64,000 nt of DNA from contig JBHGNT010000014.1 of assembly GCA_043228905.1 (NCBI GenBank), forward strand, positions 124,001-188,000, written 5' to 3'. The position numbers were made by a program, and so were the translations under genes. The notes under the pieces are model-generated. The model saw only the letters and a list, made by a program, of their open reading frames with translations. It did no database searches and was not told the DNA's origin. Positions within the stretch are counted from its first letter, which is position 1, and the number at the start of each line of letters is the position of its first letter. Shown here one piece after another: positions 24,284-38,200 of the stretch. Source of the stretch: Azolla caroliniana. Its lineage: Eukaryota; Plantae; Polypodiophyta.

Positions 24284-25162
24284 TTAAATATTGAGAAATG
24301 CTTGAGCATCTACCTGTCCCGGAAGCACACGATTGACAATCTGCTCTGCACGATTCAAGTTTCCTGTGTTCCTACAAGAACTTAAAATTGAATTCCAAAC
24401 TGGTTGATTAGGATATATTGGCATCTTCTCAATGATCGTTGATGCCTTGTCAAATTGTCCTGAATGACCAAGAAGATTAACCATCCAGGTCTGATGTTCG
24501 CTACATGGAATAATGCCATATTCCTTGTTCATGGCCTCGAAGAATGTCTCGCTCTGACTCAATAAACCCAGACGACTGCATGCATTGAAGACAACACAAT
24601 AAAGGTCACTGGATCAGGCTTTATTCCTTCACCTAGCATTCTGTCAAAAACAGTTAAAAGATCTTCACATTCTCCAATCTGAGAATATCCTGAGATTAGT
24701 GAATTCCATAATGCAACATCTCGAACTGGAAGATTGCTGAACACAGACTTTGCCATGCCCAGATAACCACATTTGACATACATGTCGACCAACGTGCTGG
24801 CCATGACTATATCACCTTCTAAAAAACCCTTCCTTGCAATTTCATTATGGATCTCAAGACCTTTTCTTATTGTTCCCATGATGGCACAAGCTTTCAAGCC
24901 ACAAATATACGTAAGAATTTGGGGAGATACCACATTGCTGCATGTGTTCAAAATACTTGAGTGCTTCTTCGCCATGGCCATGGTCAGCACATCCTGTGAT
25001 AATTTTGGTCCATAAGACAACATCTCGGACAGGAAGGTTGTCAAACAATTCCTTTGCTTCCACCAGAAACCCACATTTCACATACATGTCAACTAAGGAA
25101 CTCTGAAGAAAAAGGTTTCCTTGAAAAGGTTCAATTCCAGCGTGTATCTCTCTGCCCTTAAA
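24284..25162 (-). pseudogene. Truncated duplicate of the PPR pseudogene at 48.5-50.5 kb
   Basis: Near-identical to about 48510-49690 but with an internal deletion of about 310 bp near 24917, frameshifts, and 5' truncation at about 25162. Confidence 0.9.
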
Positions 25163-25512
25163 CATAAGGTTCAAAATTCCAAGGAAAATTTTCAATAGAT
25201 ATAAAGGCTTTATAATCAGCTAAACTTCCATAAAAGCAAAATCATATTCAGTCAAAAATTTCCACAACAAAGCATTCTTGAGTGAAACACAACATATACA
25301 TGGTCATCCCCATTTTGATGATGTGTATACATTTCCTTGGTAGGTATTTATGATGAGATTTATCAGGCTTATGCTATTAGTTTACGTTTTCTGTTTTTAG
25401 TTTATTTAACTAGTACATCTTTAACAGAGTTAAGGCTGCGAGAACCCCATCAAAAAGAAGATCAAAATGTTATTTTTGACTTGCTGTTTTGTTACTAGTA
25501 GAAGGATTACTG

Positions 25513-28500
25513 TCACAGATTCTCCAGTGCTTCAGCGACATTCCTCGATATGCGATCGTGTATCGGCTCCTAAAAGAAGGAAATGCAGAAGTCATGACCA
25601 AGATATAGGAGAGGATTGATTTAGCAATGCATGTTGAGAAATCAAAACCAACAGAACCTTTGTCTCGTGAAATTCAAGCTTTTTCCCCGTGATGGTGTCA
25701 TGCAGCAATATATATCTGCATCAAAGCTCCATAGGTAAATATACATATCTTGCAGAGAGACATTACCATTATCTAACAGAAACATGTGTACGACAAGATT
25801 GTACAACTAATCCTATGTTCTTTTGTCTACAAAATTATCATCAGCAATTAATCCCCCCCCCCCAAAGTGCAATCGAATGTGATTAAAAACTCGTCAAGCT
25901 TGTCGATGTTTTCTAATATTACAAACAAGTAAACAAGCGACTGAAGGAGTTTCCTGGATGTATGAATCATTGCACCAACGAATACTGCAATTGAGATCCA
26001 TGGAAAAGTTTACTATATATCAATGTCCAATACTCCTCTTTACTAATTTCCATTATCACTTTCATAAGATTAGATTACACAGTATTTAGAAAAGTATATG
26101 AGGGGATTTTACCGCCTCGAAAGCTCTGTTACAAGTTCAACTGGTGCAGCAGGTAATATCTGCAGAAATAAATGACCAAGATCTTATTAAGAGATTTTGT
26201 CATGTAATTTTAACTTGCTCCAAACCTTTGGATTAGGAAAACTCGCCATTTCTCCTCTTCAATGACAGATAAATCATATTGGAATCTTTGCATTCATCAT
26301 TGTGACACTCAAAACTAAAAAATAAAGCTTCAAATACATGCATAAACGCATAATGGACTTTCAAGTTTTACAAATAAATGGAGACATGATGTAACTGTGA
26401 CCTACTCATTTTGAAACTAGAATAAAATCAAGAATATTGAACCAGGGGGGAGATGAGAGGCCAAGTGGAAATTGGTCTTAAATGATATAAAAAATGGAGT
26501 GCATCGTTCGGGTGACCAAATTATGGATTACAACCACTTAAAACATAACGTTTTCACTGTTGTGGATCTAAAGCATAATGCACATGAAGTGGTGAAACAT
26601 ATGAGCTACAAAATAAAATAAACCGTATCGTATTTGTCTTCTTTTGATACAGATTCATTGAACCACTTCATCATCTTGCTCACAGGTTTGTAGACTATAT
26701 CGCTCCATGCACTCGCTGAATTTAATGCACAACGTGGGTTCTCACCTTTGTCAGCTTGCAATAGGTGCCCAATAAAGACCTCCCATCGGCTTACGAGTGC
26801 TTTGATGATTGACATCACCCCAGAGTCCAATATAAGATCGTTAGTGCAGAATTGGCAGAAAACCCATGTGAATGGAATTTGGATCCTGACTTCTAAGTCT
26901 CTCCAAATAGAGAAATCCAGAACTGAGATGACATATCATCCTTCCAACTTGGTCGAGACCCCAAGGAAGGTAACCCAACCTGTAAGCTTGTGAGTAAAAA
27001 CATTTTCAAGAAGGAAAAGCTTACAGATGAAGGTCGCTCAACAAAGACTTGAGAGAATGAAAAAAGCGGGGGTAGTTCCGAGCATGTTGACCTGTTCCAC
27101 ATTGCTCGATGCTTATTCAAAAGGAGGGTTTCATATGGAAACTCCCGATGTAGTCACAGAGTTCACGTAATTGAGCTGAAGCTAGATGTTCTTTTTAGTT
27201 CTCTTATCAATGCAACAAATTTTTCAAAAAACGTGGCCCAGAAGGAAATCCGTCCAAATGTACAGTGACCTTCAACTCTAGAATCAATGTCAATGACTGA
27301 ATCAATAAGATTACGAGGAAACTTCAGAGGTTCCTTCTATTATTTCCCCAACAAAATATCAGGTTCAAAGTTATCATGTGATATTTCAGCGTTCTTAAAG
27401 AAACCGTGACATACAGACTTACATTGTGCAGAGCTGTGGTAATAAGCTTCCAAGAAGGTAGAGTATGCAGAAATTGTAAGAAAACTCAAGGTAGCTCACG
27501 CAAAAGAAATCCAAGAAATATTCCTAGCAGAAACAAAACAGATGCACACAGCCTTTTCTAAGAATGTTGGCCCCATGTTAATATTTTCGCCTCAATAGCT
27601 GACTCTACTTCAGTGTCAAGGTAGCTCACGCAAAAGAAATCCAAGAAATATTCCTAGCAGAAACAAAACAGATGCACACAGCCTTTTCTAAGAATGTTGG
27701 CCCCATGTTAATATTTTCGCCTCAATAGCTGACTCTACTTCAGTGTCCCCTACACAGATTCTAGCATTGGCAATTTGCCAAAAAGGATTAATGGCAAACG
27801 TCCTCACATCAAAGTGCTTGAAGAGTGGAACGTCAAAACCAGAACAAAACAAATTAATGATTCTTTGTAGCAAGAACATATAAATCACCTTATCTTTATA
27901 GGGATCACATTTACTTCTGAACCACAGGCGCAAAAACTCCTGCATATTAATAGAAATGACACAAAGCTGTTAGATCCTTAGACAAAATATGAGGAATTAT
28001 AATAAAGGATTTTACCTTGTCAATGTTTTCTGGTTCTAACCCTTCCTTAAAGTGAGCCTCGTAAGATTCGTTAATCCAGTATCTGCTTGAATCTGGTGTA
28101 TGCACCTGTGAGTAAATCTTCGTACATCCGTTACTGTAACTATAATGAAACTCGGTGCTTGTATATTAGAATACAACCTCGTGGATAAAGGTTGCATGAT
28201 AAGACTATCATAGACTATTCCACATCAAAAGACAATACTGAGGACTTCAATGCCAAAGTTCTTGCTGAAATCTACTTCTATGACATCCTAATCCAATGTG
28301 TCCTAATATAAAAAGCAATTAATAGAGATGAGGTAATCAATTGCTGAAATCTACTTCTATGACATCCTAATCCAATGTGTCCTAATATAAAAAGCAATTA
28401 ATAGAGATGAGGTAATCAATCGTGCAATCAGAAAGCAGACAACCCATAATACTGTGGCTTTACCTCATCAATTAGGAGAATGGAACCATCTGGGGCTTTT

Positions 28501-31500
28501 CCAAACTCATATTTGGTGTCCACTAAAATTAAACCATGCTCCAAAGCAACTTGCTGAAATATATCAAGACTCAAGAGCCTTAGCTGTATAGAGCTCTACA
28601 CAGAATACATGCAAGACAAGAGAAGGCACGCCATTAAAATTAAGAGAAATACCTGTCCAAAAGCAAAAAGAGCCAATGCTTTTTCGCGAACATGTTCAAA
28701 ATCTTCCCTTGTCATCAATCCTTTCTCGACAATCTTATGATAAAACAAGACTCGGTAAGAACAGTGCATTGTGTTAATTTTGGAGAGAATTTGATCTTTG
28801 CATGGTTTTGGTTCCTTCTTGTAAGGAAGCCTTAGTAGAAAAAACATTGGGTGGAAGAAGTTTCTCTTTGTGTTTGAACTGTTTGGATATATAGAGAGCA
28901 GAAAAACAAAGTTTGAGAGTAGAACAGATAAGAGATTCAAAAGGATATACGCGATTTTATATTGGCGTGACTGAAACGAACATGCACGCAAGAGGTACTG
29001 AGATGAAGGAATATAGACAAAAAGAAAGAAAAATATTTGTAACGTCTTTAAGAGGCCAAAATAGCCTTTCCCTTGTGTCTCTTAAGTTCCAGCAAGAAAA
29101 CCACATGCACCATAGGTCTTCATATTCCATTACCTTTGGTGGTGGGCCAAATTCTCGCTTAAACAGGCAATGGTGTCTCTTCTTATTTCATAAGAAACAC
29201 TACAATGACAAGTATAATTTTCTTCAAATTCCAATCCCTCCAGACAGTCAGAGATCAGCACAATATCATTCGCATCTTGAAATATTTTTATGGCTATACC
29301 TGCTACGCATGCTCTCAAACCCCTAAATCTCTTATGTAATGTGACACCTCGTCCATATAGAGACAGACGAGAGTGGGTAATGGTGGGCATCCTTGTTTTT
29401 ACCCCGATTGTGCTAGCCAAAGTCTCCAACAAACCATTGGAAACCGCACTTTTCCTAACACAGATTCATGCACTGCATAGATTTCCCATCGCATATCTAT
29501 AGGGACACCAAGGGCTTCGAGCTGTTGCATAAGCTGAGCACATGGCACAGTGTCGAAGGCTTTTCAGATATACACAAAGCAGCAATAAATCCTCTTATTA
29601 TGAGCTTTTCCATCGTCATTAAGGGCTCGGGGGGTAAAATATGTGATCCACAGTTGTGAACCCCTTCCGGAAGCCTGCCTGTCCAGCTGAACTGCAGCCA
29701 TGACTCTAGGATCGAGCCATATAGTTTAGCCAAGTAATGACCAGTCATGATTGTCAGCATCATGGGGTCCCCAAGTCTTTGAGGAGAGGCACAATGATAT
29801 GTTCTGTCCATTTGGTAAGGAAATATTTACACAGACCTAGCTCTATTAGTGAAGTGTGTTAGCAATGGGAGCAAGATGTCACTGGCATAGATAATGTGCT
29901 CACCTTCCAATCCATCATGATCCTGGATCTTCTGAAATCGTAACCAATCATTGGCATTTCTTACATTTTCTGAAGTAAAAAGCTGGATTCACATCTAGGT
30001 AAATGGAGACACATGCTCTTCAAATTTAGGCAAATGGATATTTCCCAGGAAATGGTGTACAAGAATTGACCTTCAATGATTTAAATTGCAAACACTAGTC
30101 AACCTTGACAAAGTTTTAAAAAATAAATTTGACTCGAATTGAACAATCTTAGCTTGCAAAGCTTACCTCATTTCCAGAAATGGGAACATCATGATCTTTT
30201 GCTTTTGTTGTTGGAGTCAAAATATTTTCACTCAATCTTTGATTTTTTACAAGCCCTTCCATTTCAAGAAATAGCAGTAAGTAAAGAAGGGCAATTCCAC
30301 GTTCAAATACTCCAAATACATTAGTTCAGATACTGTGATATCAAAATGTCCAAATAGTGTTATTTGACAATACACATAAGGTGGACATTACAGGTTTCAT
30401 GTTGAGCTATAATGCTGAAAAACATCTCTATTACGACTTTGCCATAACCACATATAATGAAATGAACGTATGCCATGCAAATATCCGCATCCTTACCATC
30501 AGGTAAATCATTGCCGCAGTAGTTACGAACACCTTTATTGTAAGCAGTCCATAGAGATGTGCTTGTGCTTCCTGTCACGAAACCACGAACTGCCAAAGAG
30601 AGGCACTAATATACATATCAGGTGTATAAAGTCCTCAAGCTAGATACAATGCATCACATAAATTCATTATCCATAGTACATTAAAGAAAATAGTGCCCTT
30701 ACTGAGCACATATACAGAAAGGAACGCACCCACAAACTCCACTGGAAAGACATTGCATCTAGTAGCTATAGTAACATTGGGATCAGGAGCTGCTACAACA
30801 GCATTTGGAACGATGTGTTTGGTCTTATCAAACCACCACAGGCTAGTCCGATTCAAAACCTACAGAGAAAATTGATTTTTTACTATGAAAGAAATAAAAA
30901 TTCCAATTGTACGAACAGAAGTTGGAATGTTTTTGAAACACGGAAATGGGGCCTCAGTATAAGGAAATAAAGACCATAAAACTGGGGACAAGGAAACACA
31001 TAGCAACCTCCGAATCATTTGTCTATTAAAGTATTGTGCATTAAATACTTGCATACCTTCAATTATTAGCGCATTGAAGCATGTGTATCGTGGAAATGAC
31101 AACTCGACATGAGGACATATAGGTTATAAAACGGGGTACAAGAAAATAGATTGCAACCTCCATATCATTTGTACATTTCAGCATTGTGTATTTGACATTC
31201 ACTCCAACGATTAGTGCATTGAAACATGTATATATTTTATTTATGCACGCATTCTTCCATCCCCTCAAAATGCATACCCAATTGGCACACACACAGACAA
31301 TTTGATTTTGAGAAGCCAAATTCATTTTCTTACATCAATCAATGTTACCCAGTTCTTGGCAATTGAACTTTTTAATGAGTCTAAAAAAATGCATACCTGT
31401 CCTTTGAAAGGAACAGCTGCTAATACTCTATCAAATGCACTCAATCGATCAGTTGACACCAGAATTACATGATGGCCCGCCTCATATATATCTCTTACCT

Positions 31501-32041
31501 GTATACAAAACCTTGTTGTGTCAATTAATATCCCTTAAGCAAATGATGGTTTTCTGATTTACATTAAATAAGGGAATCAAAGAGCAAAATGGTGACAGAA
31601 GTAGCACGTGAAAAACTGTAGGTTAAATGCCAAGTCGAGAATGCCCATCATTTGTATATTTCCCTGTATACATATCCTGTAATTTGTGTTCATTTCTCTT
31701 TTGCCTTCAATATTTGCAGTCTAGGAGCAAATTTAGCATCAATTGAGATGGCCCTTTAATACACACACACACATACATGAACATACCTTGCCTGTCAAGG
31801 AGAGACTAAGGCTAGGAACAATTTGGTGGAGGTGAGTTTCCGAAAGGCAATTGAGAATCTCACTCTCAATGACGTGGGCAGAAATCGCAGAGCTTCTGAA
31901 GGAAGACATGGATGTTCTTCTTCTTCCTCCTCCTCCTCCTCCAATCCCTATTCCTCCCATTACTCGTCTGTTAAGAGGACTTATCTGAGAAGCTGGGATA
32001 GGAAAGCAGGAGGAGGACAAGGGAGCTGCCAGCACCGCCAT
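25513..32041 (-). CDS. PUR7: Phosphoribosylaminoimidazole-succinocarboxamide (SAICAR) synthetase with putative organellar transit peptide; 12 exons, 380 aa
   Basis: Exons 32041-31787, 31498-31397, 30859-30730, 30589-30497, 30255-30167, 28733-28653, 28553-28464, 28105-28016, 27939-27889, 26159-26113, 25715-25658, 25569-25513; all GT-AG and phase-consistent (1143 nt); motifs [60 protein letters not shown]. Confidence 0.96.
27486..27747. repeat. Perfect 130-bp tandem duplication in a PUR7 intron
   Basis: Unit starting TCAAGGTAGCTCACG at 27486 and 27616. Confidence 0.95.
28262..28420. repeat. Perfect 79-bp tandem duplication in a PUR7 intron
   Basis: Unit starting TTGCTGAAATCTAC at 28262 and 28341. 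Confidence 0.95.
29330..29990 (-). mobile_element. Degraded non-LTR retrotransposon RT remnant in PUR7 intron 5
   Basis: Frameshifted translation [15 protein letters not shown]...[13 protein letters not shown], typical of the LINE RT N-terminal region; boundaries approximate. Confidence 0.6.
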
Positions 32042-32959
32042 TTGCTTACGTGCAAGCTATAGCTAAGTATCAGGATTCAGACCTGACACACAATACAACA
32101 AGGAAGAAACACTGTCACCAGGGGTACCTCCAAAAATAGAGAAAAGGGTAATTCCGATATTTCAGAGAAAACAACGACATCAGGTATCGGCAAGGATTTG
32201 GTTTAGGTTTAACTGGTTTTGGCCTTATCCAAACCAAACCGGTTTAGGGTTCTCAAACTTGGACCGTACCAAACCAAATCAAACCTATCCCAAAATCAGT
32301 TAAATCTTAACCAGTTTGGCCCAAAACAGTTAAGCTGATATAAATTGATAATCCAAAAAGATGAACATTGTTTGTACTCATATTTTCACGACATTTCAAT
32401 GCAAGGCAAATTACATTCGCAAGATACATTGCATTCACAACATTTAGATGCAAGACACATATTACAATTAAAAGAGTTGTAAGACACATTGCATTTGTGA
32501 AAAATGACGGGTGATCCTAAAAAATGTGAATTAGACATCAAACATTCTTCTCATCTTTACAAACAGAAAAATAAGACAGATGTCTCTTAGTTCATGAAGA
32601 AGAAGAAAACATAAGACACCCGAAATGACATACTTAAGTAACCAGAAATGTATTTCATATACATAAGTCGTCTGTAAAGACTTTTACTTTCGGTTGCTAC
32701 TTAGAAACAAGCTCTACTCTTTGCAACCATTTTTTTGTACTGTTGTCAAACAGCCTTCTCACAGCTTGGCTGTGTCTAATTTGTTCCAACAATTGCTACG
32801 CTGCTGCTATTCACAGTTTTTCTCACATTTTGTCGTCTATCACATTTCGTGTTTGAATCCCAATCAAAAACATCCTATGCTTTTCCCATATTGCCACACT
32901 TGGCATACATGTCCAACAAAACTGTTTCGCACACAATGTTGTCTTCAAAATAGAATCCC

Positions 32960-33745
32960 AAGTAATGGTGCCATAGTAAAGGCACAAAATGTATTCGATG
33001 AGCTTCCAGTCCGGAATGGTATTTCATGGGACTCATTAATCATAGGGTATGTCGTGTTAGAGATAAAGGCCACAAGGACTCTCCTTTTTTTATATTTTTT
33101 ACCCTTCCATGTGAAAGCTTACCTAAAAGTTACATATCAATAAGAATTGGTCCCAAAAACCTGTCACAGTAAGAGGAACTTTAGCGCCTAGGGTTTCCTC
33201 TCCATTTTCTCCACAGTTTTCTCTACTTTCTCTATCCTCACACAAAAGCCCACTCCTTTAGTGTTTTGAATATAGACACACCTCCACATTAATCTCTCTT
33301 TCATGTCAGATGTGGTTTTCATGATGACGCTTTGAAATGCTTCAGGCAGATGCAAGATGAGAGCATTCGCCCCAACTCTGTCACATTCATTTGTGTTGTC
33401 GAAGGTTGTGCAAGCATACAATCTCTTGAAAAAGGTGAAATGATTCATGATGAGATAAGCAAATGGGGATTTCTGGCAAAACTTGATATTGTGCTTGGCA
33501 CTGCATTAGTGGACATGCATGCCAAATGTGGGGCTCTTGTAAAAGCACAAAAGCGATTGACAAACTTTTGGAACGGATTGTTATCACTTGGAATGCCCTT
33601 GTGGCTGGATATGCACAACATGATCTCGGTCTTGAAGTCTTGAAACATTTTGAGAAGATGCAAAGTGAGGGCATTTCTCCGAATACGGTCACATTAGTTT
33701 GCATATTGACAGCTTGTGGAAGCCTAGGATTTGTAGATACTAGGA
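32960..33745 (+). pseudogene. PPR gene fragments
   Basis: AQNVFDELPVRNGISWDSLI, KCFRQMQDESIRPNSVTFICV, LVDMHAKCGAL, ITWNALVAGY; frameshifted and interrupted. Confidence 0.85.
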
Positions 33746-33794
33746 GTGGGAGAACAAATACATGCCAAGCTGAAAAAAAAAGTAAAGGAGGTAC

Positions 33795-34396
33795 TGAAGC
33801 ACCTTTTTGGCATGGATGAGACTTATATCCCGAGATTGAAGGTGTGCCACCGCAGAATCTAAATCTCCTCCTACTCCCTAAATCATAGCCCTCAATTGGC
33901 TTTTCTTTCTCTCTTTCCTTTTTCGTCCAAGTTGCATAAAGGTATAAAAGGGCGGTTTATGAAGACGAAAAAGGCAGAGCCTTGCAAATGCTCTCTGTGC
34001 ATCCAGTAGTGAATCCCCCTTCTAGGTCATAGGCATGTCTTACTTCTTTCTGGTTGTTATTTCAGATAGCAATATTTGCTACCAGTGTGTCGGTTAGAGT
34101 TTTTGATACAATCAATGTATGCTTTGTATTGAGTTCCTATATGATATATACAAGCTCTGTAGTAGCTTGAGTGACTTATGTGAGTTAGGGTTCTGTTGTA
34201 GTAGCTTGAAAGACATATTGCAAATCAGATCTATCGTTCATGTATGTTCATCCATACTAATTAATCTATTAAGTTTTCGTCTTTATGTTTTGTTCCTTCC
34301 TCCACCTGCTCTTTCACCTTTGCATATTCATTCACAAAAATAGACACATCTATTTGTGTGTATACTTACTTGATTCTGTTCACTTGTGTTTCTTCA
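33795..34396 (+). mobile_element. Solo LTR (602 bp), copia family related to 7072-8220
   Basis: TGAAG...CTTCA termini; 5-bp TSD GGTAC (33790-33794, 34397-34401); empty site GGAGGTACTAAC at about 11604-11615. Confidence 0.92.
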
Positions 34397-34539
34397 GGTA
34401 CTAACTAGCAACTACTCGGTATGCCGTCGGGACTCGATAGAAGGCGTGCAGGCTACAGCTCGACAATCGTAGGAGGTGCTCTAAGAGGCACTCGTTGCTG
34501 CACAAAAGGCGTCTTCGTGCACTGTGCAGGCTTGAACTA

Positions 34540-34572
<33 letters not shown>

Positions 34573-34828
34573 CGCCTAACCTTAAACAGATCAATTTTTT
34601 GCTATTTCTGTTTAAAACTATATAAATAGCCGACCAAACTGCGAATTCATGACTACTCTCTCTTTTTTTCTTTTATCACAACTATAAAAATAGTTGGCTC
34701 AAAAAAATATGAATTAGCTAGATTCGAGGGTTTTGGGAAATTCTAGGTGGAATAATCACCTCTAGTTGTCTCCTACATTGGTCGGCAAAATTCACAATCT
34801 TACTTGAACACTAACATGCTCCTAGGAC

Positions 34829-35081
34829 TATGAATTGGCAACGGTTTGGTTTTGGCTTAGCCAGTTTGGCCTTGTCCAAACCAAACTGACTAATAAGCTT
34901 ACACCAGTTCCTAAACTGGTTTAGCCAAGCTGATCACGCCTTCATCGGCCTAGAAACCGGCTTGGTTCAACTTGACCCACCCCAAACCAAGATCAAACTA
35001 CTTAAAAAAGCTCAAGCCTAAACCAGCCGAATAGCCAAACAGTTTTAGTTTAGGCTTGAGCCAAGCCGTTGCCAACTTCTA
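34829..35081. mobile_element. hAT-like MITE, paralog of 8397-8656
   Basis: Same TIRs; TSD CCTAGGAC/CCTTGGAC. Confidence 0.7.
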
Positions 35082-35175
35082 CCTTGGACTTTGCCCTATC
35101 GTGGGCTAAACCCTTTTGTCGATGTAGCCTTTCCCAGTATACCCCTCTGTTGGTGTGATGTGTCTAATCATTAAC

Positions 35176-35214
35176 TGTAAACGTAAGTGTTTGCGAAAGC
35201 GTAAAACAGAGAAC

Positions 35215-35249
<35 letters not shown>

Positions 35250-38200
35250 ACACAATTTCAAAATTATATAAAGACTCTGTATACACACTGTGCTAAGTAG
35301 CACTATTTATACAAGTCCTCTTGGGACTGACAGAAGTACCATGTACTTCAATGCTCACACGAGCATCTGACACTTACTACGAGACTATAGCTACCTAGTA
35401 GTCTATCCTATACTAGGCTTCCGATTGGACTTCCGGTTACGGATTGCACTCGACCTCCACTGCTTGCCGGTTCGATTGCTCACCGTCATACCGATCCGTC
35501 TCGCTTACCGGCTTCGGCTTATTCAGCCGATCCGGCTCCGGTTTGAGCTTGCCGCTCAACACTCCCCCTCAAGCTCAACCTGAGGTGGGGTCGTAGTGTC
35601 GACCTCTGTGGCAGTCGGTTCTTCCAACCGACTTCTCCTGGCGTCACTCCGCCTTGCTCGTGCTCCTCGTCCGGTTCGGTCCCGTTTGCCGCGACCCCTT
35701 TGGTTCTGCGCGCCTCGACCCTCTCGGTCGGCATGTCTGCTCAATAGGCCCATCTCAACACTCACGTTGTTGTGACTCCGGCGCTTGCCGATCCGTCGGT
35801 TCTCCCACGATGGCATCGACTTCCGCTGTGTCCGTGTCCCCTTGGCCTTCAGTCGATCCGACTCATCCGGATCCATCTGTTGATCCGAGTCAGCTGTCTC
35901 CGACTCGTTCCAGCTCTTGTCCGAATCGGTACACTCTAATTCGACTTCCGGCTTCAGGCCTCTCACCACATCGGACCACTTCCGAGTCTTGGCCTTCTCC
36001 ATGCTTCCCTCGGCTTCTTCAGCCGGTGAACCGAAATCGAATTCTTCATTCGACTCCGCATCATGGTTAGTACCGTCGTGATGACCTCCGCACAACATGC
36101 ACTTCTCTTCCTGAGTGCACAACTCTTCTTCACAGCCGCTTGCTCCGACCTGTTCGGATGTGTCGACTTCCTTCGTCGACTCGGCTTCCTTCATCTTCTT
36201 GTCTCCTCTTCTTCCGGCTCTCCTCTTACCGACGGGTTCAACAGTTTTTTTGCCTTTGCCCGTTTCGGTAGAGACCTTGCCCTTGCCCTTGCTTCTCCCC
36301 CTCAAGTGCGGCACGTCGAGATGCTGAATACCAAGCATGTCGGTAAAGTGCTGCAACTTGTCCGATCCGAGCGGCTTGGTGAAGATGTCGGCAACTTGCC
36401 GATCCGTATGAGCATACCGTAGGTCAACTTCACCGCTCAGGACCCGCTCACGCACGAAGTGGTAGTGCACCTCGATGTGCTTTGTGCGAGCATGGAACAC
36501 AGGGTTCCTGGCGAGCTGCAAGTTGCTCATGTTATCGCAGTAAATCGGGATCGGGGTCGATACCTCGATCCGCAAGTCTCGCAACAGTCGTCGAAACCAG
36601 ATGGCTTCACAAGTGGCAACGGTAGCGGCCCGGTACTCAACCTCAGTGCTTGACAAAGCCACTGTGGGCTGCTTCTTGCTGCTCCACGCAACGGCCGCGC
36701 TACTTATGGAGAACATGTATCTGGAAGTTGAGCGGCGATCAGAGGCATCGCCGACCCAGTCAGCATCTGTGTAACCGACAAGCTCTTCGGGTATCCCTCG
36801 CCGATATAGCAGTCCCCGGTCCTTAGTGCCGCTGACATACCGTAATATGTGTTGCGCGCACTGAAGGTGCTCCACGGTCGGCTTATGCATGAATTGACTT
36901 ACCATGCCGACCGGATAGCTGATGTCGGGTCAGGTGATGGTTAAGTAGACCAGGCTTCCGACAACCTGTCGGAACCGTTTCTAATTGCAGGCCGATCCGG
37001 AGTTGGGACGGAGCTTCTGGTTCTGGTCTAGGGGTGTGGAGACAGGTCGGCAATCCGTCATGCCGAACTTATACATCATATTCAACACGTAATGTCGTTG
37101 TGAGAGCAATATGCCGTCGGGGGTCCGGATCACTTCGATCCCAAGAAAATAATGAAGGTCCCCCAGGTCCTTCATTTCGAATGCGTCCGACAACTGGAAC
37201 TTGACGCGGGTGATTTCGGGAAGACTCGGTCCGGTGATGACTAAATCATCCACATACAAGAGTATACATACCGGACCGTCAGAGCCTTGCCGGATGAACA
37301 ATGAAGAGTCCGACTTAGAGACAGCAAACCCCAGCTTACGCAACCGGTGCGTGATCTTCGCGTTCCAAGCTCGGGGGGCTTGCTTCAAACCATAAAGCGA
37401 CTTCTTCAATCGGCATACCGCCGACTTGTTCATCTCCGATTGAAATCCGGGGGGCTGAGTCATAAAGACTTCTTCTGCAAGCTCTCCTTGAAGGAAGGCG
37501 TTCTTCACATCCATCTGGTGAAGATGCCACCCCCTTTCCGCAGCAACCGCCAGTACCACACGAACCGTCGTCGTCTTCGCCACAGGAGCGAAGGTCTCGT
37601 CGTAGTCGATTCCGTGGGTCTGCGCGTATCCCTTCGCCACTAACCGGGCTTTGTACCGGTTAACAGAACCGCCGGCGTTGCACTTGACCTTGTACACCCA
37701 CTTGCATCCGATCGGTTTACAGTGACGGGGAGGATCAACTAGGTCCCAAGTTTCGTTGGCATCGAGTGCCCGCATTTCTTCGTCCATAGCGGCACGCCAA
37801 TTTGCGTCCTTTGCCGCTTCTGCGTAGCTCTCCGGCTCACGCACTTCTGTTACTTTAGTCATGTATGCATAATGATGCGCCATGTATTCATTGTACCCGT
37901 ACCGCATGACGAGATCCTTCTGACGGGTTGATCGGCGCAACGCACCGTCACCTGATTTGAGGCCCTTCTTGGCCAGTTCGATCTTCGTTGCTGAAGACCC
38001 GCCTTTCTCCTTTCTGGAGTCGGATACGCATCGATCTGACTCATCGTTGCCGATTTCGAATTCCGGCATCTTCCTCTTCCCCTTTTCTTTGCGCGTGAAC
38101 CGTTTCCTCGGTTCCTTGTGCGGGGAGAGCACGACAGAGTCTCCACCACTTGCCGTCTCTTCATCCGACTGGTCCAACCGACTCAGTCGCTCGTTCGGTC

